Positions 4,915 through 9,889 of a stretch of DNA of 9,889 nucleotides are shown piece by piece. The translations under genes and the position numbers were made by a program. The stretch comes from Candidatus Woesearchaeota archaeon (GTDB lineage: Archaea; Nanobdellota; Nanobdellia; Pacearchaeales; GW2011-AR1), in the NCBI GenBank assembly GCA_964520275.1, contig CAZFNY010000016.1:1-9889 (forward strand). Direction: 5' to 3'. Position 1 is the stretch's first letter, and every line of letters starts with the position of its first letter. Under the pieces are notes generated by a model. The model was not told the origin of the DNA and did no database searches. It saw nothing but the letters and a program-made list of their open reading frames with translations.

Positions 4915-5741
4915 TGCAAAAAGAGGAAGTGGATAAATACACTGAAAAAATTAAGACAGAGTTAAAGATTAGGGGGAGTAGCCCAAGAACCATAGGGTCT
5001 TATCTTTTCTTTCTCCAACCATTCTTAGAGTCAATTCCAGATCCAAAAAGTGTTGAGGTTGACCAGGTCAAAACCTTTTTAGCCAGCCTAATAGATAGAT
5101 ATAGCAACAAATCCAGGTCTTTGGCTGTCTCTAGTCTTAGATTTTTCTTTAAACGAGTTATAGACCGTCCAGATATTTTTGTTAAGTTAGAAGTTCCAAA
5201 AAAACAAAAAAGACTGCCAGTAGTATTATCTGTCCAAGAAGTTAAAGATTTGTTAGATTCTGCCAATTTTCTTAAAAGTCAACTAATCATAAGGATGTTA
5301 TACTCTTCTGGCCTGAGAGTTTCAGAACTTGTTAATCTTACGCCTATGGATCTAGATTTTCAACAGAATATTGGGTGGGTTAGAAAGGGCAAGGGTAGCA
5401 AGGATAGAATCTTTAAGATAGCCGAAAAGATTAACAAACAACTTCAAAAGTATTTAGATAAGAATCCAGAAAACAAATATCTCTTTTCAAAAGATCGCCC
5501 CATGTCTACTAGGAATGTTCAAATAATCATAAAAAAAGCAGCAAAACGGGCAGGAATTAATAAAAAAGTAACCCCTCACACATTGAGACACAGTTTTGCC
5601 ACCCATTTGTTAGAAGGAGGAGAGAATTTATTTGTCATACAACAGCTATTAGGTCACGAAAACCTCGAAACAACAAGAATTTATGCCCATATCAGCCAAG
5701 AGCAAATCAAGAATGTAAAATCGCCTTTGGACAGGCTATAA
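4911..5741 (+). CDS. Tyrosine recombinase, XerC/XerD/XerA-like (phage integrase family), 276 aa
   Basis: Full catalytic set: R136 (SGLRVSEL), GKGSKDR lysine, H223-TL-R226 (HTLRHSFATHLL), H249 and Y258 (GHENLETTRIYAHI). It also has an N-terminal SAM-like core-binding segment. Confidence 0.9.
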   Translation: MMQKEEVDKYTEKIKTELKIRGSSPRTIGSYLFFLQPFLESIPDPKSVEVDQVKTFLASLIDRYSNKSRSLAVSSLRFFFKRVIDRPDIFVKLEVPKKQKRLPVVLSVQEVKDLLDSANFLKSQLIIRMLYSSGLRVSELVNLTPMDLDFQQNIGWVRKGKGSKDRIFKIAEKINKQLQKYLDKNPENKYLFSKDRPMSTRNVQIIIKKAAKRAGINKKVTPHTLRHSFATHLLEGGENLFVIQQLLGHENLETTRIYAHISQEQIKNVKSPLDRL

Positions 5742-5742
5742 A

Positions 5743-6278
5743 ATGATTATTAAACCAACATCAACAGAAGAGGCTATGAAATTTTTATATACTATCTTAA
5801 ATCAAGGCGACTCAAGATATAATAATCCGGCAGAGGAATTTTTGCTTGCTTCAGCAATTTTAGATGGTGCTATTTCTTTAGAAAAAAAAAAGACCTGCCC
5901 AATACAATAGATTTAACAAATGAAGAATCTGGAAAAATCTCCAATCCACAGAAAAAGGAAAAAACTATTGCTAAACTTCTTTTAAAAAATGCGGGATTCA
6001 AAGAGGAGGAAATATATTTTGAAAGGATGTTCAGGGGTTCTAGACCAGATGTTTTAGGAGAAAAAGATAATATGCTCATTCCTGTTGAATGTTGTTCTTG
6101 TCGCGTCAATAAAATTATAGATTATCTAAATTATGTTCAAGAAGTTTAGGTTTTTACTCGTGATGATTTTGAGTGGTTTATTTTTAGAAAAGGGGTGAAT
6201 TGGGATAAAATTATAAGATTTAATGAACAAAGACTAAAAGAACTCAAAAAGATAAAATTCCCAACAGATAATTTATAA
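5743..6278 (+). pseudogene. Disrupted ORF with a PD-(D/E)xK (Hjc/restriction-endonuclease-like) motif pattern. It needs a -1 shift at an A10 run (5882-5891) and reads through an in-frame TAG (6147-6149)
   Basis: The ATG lies 1 nt after the recombinase stop. Hand translation gives MIIKPTSTEEAMKFLYTILNQGDSRYNNPAEEFLLASAILDGAISLEKKK | DLPNTIDLTNEESGKISNPQKKEKTIAKLLLKNAGFKEEEIYFERMFRGSRPDVLGEKDNMLIPVECCSCRVNKIIDYLNYVQEV*VFTRDDFEWFIFRKGVNWDKIIRFNEQRLKELKKIKFPTDNL*. The E...GF...PD...VEC pattern resembles Hjc-type nucleases, but the canonical Lys position is Cys. Confidence 0.4.
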
Positions 6279-6280
6279 AA
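6272..6280 (+). promoter_or_regulatory. TATA box TTTATAAAA for the 6302 gene
   Basis: Centred about 26 nt upstream of the ATG at 6302. It overlaps the stop of the preceding disrupted ORF. Confidence 0.4.
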
Positions 6281-6301
6281 TGTTGTTTACTTAATTACTT
6301 C

Positions 6302-6586
6302 ATGGAAAAATTAAATAATTCTCTCAATAAGGTAAGGGTTGGAGAAGATGATCGCGTGCCAATAGAAAGTAATAGGAAGGTATGGTTTTTGTGGACGACT
6401 ATCAGAGGAGATTGGGATGCTGAAGCAATAACAAGAAGTGATTCTGTGATTAATGCTTTAATTAGCTCAGAAGTCGTTAATGTTTTCTGTGTATGGCACG
6501 GAGGGTATAGAACCGATTTATTTTTGATGAATAAAGAAAAATTAATTAATAGATTAAAGAAATTAACTAAAAAAAATGGATACTAA
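6302..6586 (+). CDS. Hypothetical protein (94 aa); overlaps the next ORF by 11 nt across an A8 run
   Basis: ORF with its own TATA box. No motif was recognised, and no serine-recombinase YxRxST..Q motif is present. Confidence 0.45.
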   Translation: MEKLNNSLNKVRVGEDDRVPIESNRKVWFLWTTIRGDWDAEAITRSDSVINALISSEVVNVFCVWHGGYRTDLFLMNKEKLINRLKKLTKKNGY

Positions 6587-7007
6587 TGAAATTGAGATTT
6601 TAAGAAAAGAAAATGAAGAATTAAAAAAAGAGTTGGAAAAATTAAAATCCTTAAGAGTAAACCAGAAAAAGGGCATGACTGAAAAAGCACAAAAAGGAAA
6701 CCCTGTTGCCCGAGTTGCTTTTGGTTATAATATAGTCAAGGGGGTTCTTGTTCCTGCAGAAAATTCTTACATTATTGAAGAAATTTTCCAGGATTTTTTA
6801 AATCAGAATATCAGCCTCACACAGCTAGCCAAAAAATACGGGTTTTCAGTGAATGGATTAAAAAAGATTTTAACAAACTTTACATATATAAGCAAGATAA
6901 AATTTGATAGCAAAGTTTTTGACGGCAATCACCCTCCACTGATTTCTTCCACATTATTCAACCATGTTCAGAACAAATTGGAAAAGTTAGGGATTAAGCA
7001 GAACTAA
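6576..7007 (+). CDS. Orphan serine-recombinase 'Recombinase' (RD, PF07508-like) DNA-binding domain protein with an N-terminal coiled coil and no catalytic resolvase domain (143 aa)
   Basis: The segment VAFGYNIVKGVLVPAENSYIIEEIFQDFLNQNISLTQLAKKYGFSVNGLKKILTNFTYISKIKF...GNHPPLISSTLFNHVQNKL matches the large-serine-recombinase RD pattern (FGY..g.lv..e.E..iv..IF...l.g.S...iA..ln....g...W....v..IL.N..Y.G......H..iis...F..vQ). The N-terminus EIEILRKENEELKKELEKLK is helical and resembles helix alphaE. Confidence 0.65.
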   Translation: MDTNEIEILRKENEELKKELEKLKSLRVNQKKGMTEKAQKGNPVARVAFGYNIVKGVLVPAENSYIIEEIFQDFLNQNISLTQLAKKYGFSVNGLKKILTNFTYISKIKFDSKVFDGNHPPLISSTLFNHVQNKLEKLGIKQN

Positions 7008-7041
7008 ATAATTATCTAATTGTTTTTTGGGTGTAATAATC

Positions 7042-7049
7042 TTTATAAA
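7042..7049 (+). promoter_or_regulatory. TATA box TTTATAAA for the patatin gene
   Basis: Centred about 26 nt upstream of the ATG at 7072. This supports the 7072 start over the TTG at 7027. Confidence 0.45.
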
Positions 7050-7071
7050 CAAATTTTTCAAATCTTTAATA

Positions 7072-7902
7072 ATGACAAAGAGAGCATTAGTTGTTGGGGG
7101 AGGAGGTTTAAGGGGAGCTTATGATGCAGGAGCACTCGTCACATTAAGTAGAAAATTAGGTTCAAGTTATTTTGATTCTGTTTATGCCTCTTCTGTTGGA
7201 GTTTTCACCTCAACTTTTTTTGTTTCTAATCAACCAGATACAATTGAAAATACTTGGAGAAATTTTGTTCATAGCAAACAAATAGTTAATTTTATGAATC
7301 CTCTAAAGGGGAAGCAGATTTTGGATATTGAATATCTTGTTGGTATATTTCAAAGTGAAAGTTCGCTTTTAGATTTAAAAGCGGTGATTAATTCAAACAC
7401 TAAATTAACTTATGTGCTTACTACATATCCTTCTGGAAAAGTTAGATATTTTCAGCCGAGCGAACATAATTTATTTGATGCTATGAGGGCTTCTTCAGCA
7501 CTTCCTATTGTGCATTCTCCAGTTAGAGTTAATGATCAACTCTTCTGTGATGGGGGTTTAACTGATAAACTTCCTATAAAGAAAGCTCAAGAAGATGGAA
7601 ATGAAGAGATAATTGTTATATACAACAAAACTCCAGGATTTTCTTATAGCCTTAAAGAAGCTATAACCACAAAATTTTTAGCAAGTGCTTTGCCAAAAAA
7701 CATTTCTAAATTGGTCAAAGAAAGAGAAAATCAAAATGGAGAGTTAGACAGAATGATCCAAAATAACACTAAAATAAGAATTATTAGGCCCAGAGAAAAT
7801 CTTCCTTTAACATCAATGTTAGACACAGATAAAAATAGGATTAATGCAAGTATTGATATGGGAATTACCGATGCTGAAGAATTTTTAAAGAATTATTTTT
7901 AA
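7072..7902 (+). CDS. Patatin-like phospholipase (276 aa from ATG 7072; the ORF track starts at TTG 7027)
   Basis: Oxyanion motif VVGGGGLRGAYDAGAL (GGGxRG). Nucleophile elbow YASSVG (A-x-S-x-G variant of GxSxG). Catalytic-dyad Asp in FCDGGL (DGG). ASSALP motif. Confidence 0.8.
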   Translation: MTKRALVVGGGGLRGAYDAGALVTLSRKLGSSYFDSVYASSVGVFTSTFFVSNQPDTIENTWRNFVHSKQIVNFMNPLKGKQILDIEYLVGIFQSESSLLDLKAVINSNTKLTYVLTTYPSGKVRYFQPSEHNLFDAMRASSALPIVHSPVRVNDQLFCDGGLTDKLPIKKAQEDGNEEIIVIYNKTPGFSYSLKEAITTKFLASALPKNISKLVKERENQNGELDRMIQNNTKIRIIRPRENLPLTSMLDTDKNRINASIDMGITDAEEFLKNYF

Positions 7903-7909
7903 CAGGAAA

Positions 7910-8311
7910 CTAACGATACGATTTCTGCCTCTTTCTTCTCGCCTTGCTGTCTCCCGGCTTGTAAGTCTCTTTTCTCCTGACATCTGCGACAAGAAGGCTT
8001 CTGTCATACTCTATATATATCCTCTTTAATTCAGAAGATTTTGAAAAATCAACAATTGCCCTGGACAAAGCAACTCTTGAAGCTTCTATCTGGCCTTTTT
8101 CCCCTCCGCCCCTGACCTCAATCTGCACATCAAAATTAATTTTTCCAAGAATCTTTTCTGCTATCCTTAATGGCTCCTCTATCCTTAATCTGTCAAAAAG
8201 CTGAAGAGTCTTGTAATTTTTTTTATTTATAGTTATTCTTCCATTTCCCTCGCTGATGACCGCTCTTGCGACAGCAGCCTTTCTCTTTCCTGAAGTTATT
8301 ATCTCCTTCAT
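7910..8311 (-). CDS. rps9p: 30S ribosomal protein uS9 (archaeal S9p / S16e)
   Basis: GKRKAAVARA..., EVRGGGEKGQIEASRVALSRAIV, C-terminal PGDSKARRKRQKSYR. 4-nt overlap with the uL13 stop. Confidence 0.95.
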   Translation of the reverse strand: MKEIITSGKRKAAVARAVISEGNGRITINKKNYKTLQLFDRLRIEEPLRIAEKILGKINFDVQIEVRGGGEKGQIEASRVALSRAIVDFSKSSELKRIYIEYDRSLLVADVRRKETYKPGDSKARRKRQKSYR

Positions 8312-8700
8312 TGTGAGATGTCCTTTATTCGAATAAATTTATTTTTTTCAGATTCCAAGGCAATTTTTTCAGAAGATTCAAACTCTTTTGGAACCTTCGG
8401 ATAACATTTTATTTTTTTAAAAGCATCTCTCCCTCTCCCAGATCTATGGTCTGGAAGCATACCTCTTATAGCTCTCTTGACAATTAGATGGCTCAGTCTC
8501 GAATGCTTTGGTCCTCTCTGCCCGCTTCCAACTCTGCTTCTTTTTGCCTTAAAATTTTCTTCAATGTTTTTCCTGTTTCCAGTGATAATAACCTGCTCGC
8601 AATTCACAATTGCGATTTCTTCTCCTTTCAATGCTTCTTTAGCAGCATAACTGGCAAGTCTTCCCAAAACAGCGTCTTTTCCGTCGATGATTTTTGTCAT
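8308..8700 (-). CDS. rpl13p: 50S ribosomal protein uL13
   Basis: IIDGKDAVLGRLASYAAKEALKGEEIAIVNCEQVIITG ... AIRGMLP...GRGRDAFKKIKCY. ATGA-type overlaps on both sides. Confidence 0.95.
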   Translation of the reverse strand: MTKIIDGKDAVLGRLASYAAKEALKGEEIAIVNCEQVIITGNRKNIEENFKAKRSRVGSGQRGPKHSRLSHLIVKRAIRGMLPDHRSGRGRDAFKKIKCYPKVPKEFESSEKIALESEKNKFIRIKDISQ

Positions 8701-9068
8701 TTTAGTATCTTTACTCCTTTAGCTTCTGGATTTTTTTTAATTTCTTCAAGTATACTTAATGTCTCGCAACCAGTTTTTAAGAGCTTTTCTCTTGCTTTTT
8801 CTGAAAAATTAAGTGCAGCAATCTTGATTTTTTTGTCAACATTTCCCTGAGAAAGAACTTTTCCAGGAACAACAATTATCTCTCCTGCCTTTGCTTCTGG
8901 ATTTATTTTATCAAGATTAATCTCCACCCTGTTTCTTCTAGAGCCAGTAAGAACAGAAGCTGTTTCCAGCCAGCCTTTATGTTTTTTAGCAGCAATTATT
9001 GTCTCGACTAATTCTGGATTTCTTTTCTTCTGAACTTGTTTTTCAATCTTTGTTTTTGATTTAACCAT
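8697..9068 (-). CDS. rpl18e: 50S ribosomal protein eL18 (L18e)
   Basis: TGSRRNRVEINLDKIN, IVVPGKVLSQGNVDKKIKIAALNFSEKAREKLLKTGCETLSI. It holds the canonical position upstream of uL13-uS9 in archaeal operons. Confidence 0.9.
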   Translation of the reverse strand: MVKSKTKIEKQVQKKRNPELVETIIAAKKHKGWLETASVLTGSRRNRVEINLDKINPEAKAGEIIVVPGKVLSQGNVDKKIKIAALNFSEKAREKLLKTGCETLSILEEIKKNPEAKGVKILK

Positions 9069-9217
9069 GTTGTATTAAATTTAGTAGAAGTATTAACCCC
9101 TACTATCGCGTTAGCTCGCAGGTTTGTAAAATTTGGAGAAGAAATGGGTTTATAAATTATTTGGTTGGGGGTTTGTTAGAGAATAAGTTCTTTCTAATAA
9201 AGAGGATAGTTATAATA

Positions 9218-9469
9218 TTATTTAAAAATATCAATAACTTTTATTTCTAGACTTTTCAGTAATTCGGCAGTATGTAGCTCTACACAATCTGTATTTTTTG
9301 TAGAGGGATGATAAGAAGATTCTAATAATCCCCATGTTCCTAAGGCTATTAACCCCGCTACAAAATAAGCAATTACAACACTATTAGGGGTTATTATTTG
9401 TCCATCATACAACTCTTTATATTTATCTTTGTCTGCTGAATTTCCAGTATAATTTTCTTTTTTTTGCAT
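9218..9469 (-). CDS. Hypothetical small membrane protein (83 aa, one TM helix VVIAYFVAGLIALGTWGLL)
   Basis: ORF with a TATA-like ATTTAAAAAG (minus strand; + strand coordinates 9490-9499) about 25 nt upstream of the ATG. It lies between the tRNA and the ribosomal protein operon. Confidence 0.45.
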   Translation of the reverse strand: MQKKENYTGNSADKDKYKELYDGQIITPNSVVIAYFVAGLIALGTWGLLESSYHPSTKNTDCVELHTAELLKSLEIKVIDIFK

Positions 9470-9513
9470 ACTTTTTGCAACATATTTCTCTTTTTAAATC
9501 TTTTCCAAAACCA

Positions 9514-9597
9514 TGCGGAGTACAGGATTCGGACCTGCGCAGGCACTAAGCCAACAGATTTTGAGTCTGTCCCGTTTGACCACTCCGGCAACTCCGC
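9514..9597 (-). tRNA. tRNA-Leu (anticodon CAA), class II with long variable arm, 84 nt, no encoded CCA
   Basis: Hand-folded: GCGGAGT acceptor pairs with ACTCCGC. D arm is CCG/CGG with a GG-containing loop. Anticodon stem is ACAGA/TCTGT with loop CT-CAA-AA. Variable arm is GGC-TTAGT-GCC. T stem is GCAGG/CCTGT with loop TCCGAAT. Discriminator is A. Confidence 0.85.
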
Positions 9598-9640
9598 AAA
9601 AACAAAAATACGAGAATTATAGTGTTATTAAAACTTATTG

Positions 9641-9889
9641 TTAAGGAAAAGAAATCCATCGTGTTATATCTTTAAGAGCATAAGTTCTGTAATCTTTTTT
9701 ATCCAAATCCCAAAGTTTAAGCAGCCATTGTTCCTCTTTATGATGTTCTGTTGCCCCATAAAGCATCTCTAAAGGAATGATATTTCTAATTCCAACCTCT
9801 CCTTTATAATTGGTATATTCTACTTTTATAGCAACTTTTTCAAGATTATTTCCTTTAATTTTTTCTATAACTTCAGGAGGTATTTTCAT
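9641..9889 (-). CDS. Small WYL-domain-like protein (82 aa in the window; the ATG sits at the very window edge, so the true start may lie outside)
   Basis: VAIKVEYTNYKGEVGIRNIIPLEMLYGATEHHKEEQWLLKLWDLDKKDYRTYALKDI follows the WYL pattern (i.Y....ge...R.i.P..l......WyL.a.d.....R.f.l..I). Confidence 0.45.
   Translation of the reverse strand: MKIPPEVIEKIKGNNLEKVAIKVEYTNYKGEVGIRNIIPLEMLYGATEHHKEEQWLLKLWDLDKKDYRTYALKDITRWISFP

Larger units (their letters stand above)
3535..6278 (+). mobile_element. Putative recombinase-associated accessory module: repeat-delimited small-ORF array plus an HNH / tyrosine recombinase / nuclease-like operon
   Basis: Co-localisation of three site-like repeats, a tyrosine recombinase, two nuclease-type ORFs and several decayed genes. 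The boundaries are not defined by recognisable att duplications. Confidence 0.3.

Noticed and set aside
3535-5741. Calling the locus a classical integron (IntI + attI + attC cassettes)
   Set aside because: The repeats lack the R''/R' RYYYAAC...GTTRRRY cores and the long imperfect attC palindrome. The recombinase is only 276 aa (Xer-sized), and I saw no obvious IntI-specific insertion. The cassette ORFs also face the recombinase. I kept this only as an analogy in the finding.
3369-6149. Stop-codon reassignment (TGA or TAG read as sense) as the explanation for the in-frame stops
   Set aside because: TGA terminates uL13 and the HNH gene, and TAG terminates uS9 at its conserved ...KSYR C-terminus. 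All three stop codons (TGA, TAA, TAG) appear in frame only in the accessory ORFs, together with frameshifts. Pseudogenisation or sequence error is the simpler explanation.
6302-6586. The 94-aa ORF as a degenerate resolvase catalytic domain completing a split serine recombinase with 6576-7007
   Set aside because: There is no YxRVS-T..Q nucleophile motif, no D.G.SG/RP motif, and the length is too short. Only the adjacency and the A8 junction suggest a link. I mention this under the finding but do not assert it.
7027-7071. TTG start at 7027 for the patatin gene, as given in the ORF track
   Set aside because: The extension (MGVIIFINKFFKSLI) would place the TATA box TTTATAAA (7042-7049) inside the CDS. 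ATG 7072 has canonical leaderless spacing and directly precedes the conserved GGGxRG motif.
9069-9217. The locally GC-richer stretch (9096-9125) in the eL18 leader as a small RNA, for example a C/D box sRNA
   Set aside because: I found no C/D (RUGAUGA/CUGA) boxes or convincing stable hairpin on either strand. It is more likely just the 5' leader of the ribosomal protein operon, downstream of a TTTATAAA box at 9150-9157.

Overview
AT-rich archaeal fragment, probably from a DPANN-like small-genome lineage. The archaeal call rests on an eL18-uL13-uS9 ribosomal protein operon, TTTATAAA-type TATA boxes centred about 25 nt upstream of most ATGs (leaderless architecture), and uniformly small proteins. 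There are three blocks. (1) 1-1973: a small PRC-barrel protein, a hypothetical protein and two winged-helix (wHTH) proteins. (2) 1974-7902: an accessory-looking region. It holds a convergent pair of paralogous coiled-coil / repeat-linker / wHTH genes and about 1 kb saturated with AAACA[C/G]C = G[G/C]TGTTT iteron-like motifs, including perfect 12-bp palindromes and C5-C8 runs. Next come three small-ORF modules, each followed by a copy of a recombination-site-like direct repeat. Then follows a tightly coupled operon of a Zn-ribbon HNH nuclease, a Xer-like tyrosine recombinase and a disrupted PD-(D/E)xK-like ORF. The block ends with a hypothetical ORF, an orphan serine-recombinase 'recombinase domain' protein lacking the catalytic domain, and a patatin-like phospholipase. 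Several ORFs here are interrupted by in-frame TGA, TAA or TAG codons or by frameshifts at A8-A10 runs, although each keeps a well-placed promoter. (3) 7910-9889, minus strand: uS9, uL13, eL18, a small membrane protein, tRNA-Leu(CAA) and a WYL-like small protein at the window edge. I saw no rRNA or CRISPR array. The two most interesting candidates are the repeat-delimited cassette-like array next to the HNH/recombinase operon and the iteron field around the paralogous wHTH genes. All functional calls come from motif recognition by eye, since no searches could be run.
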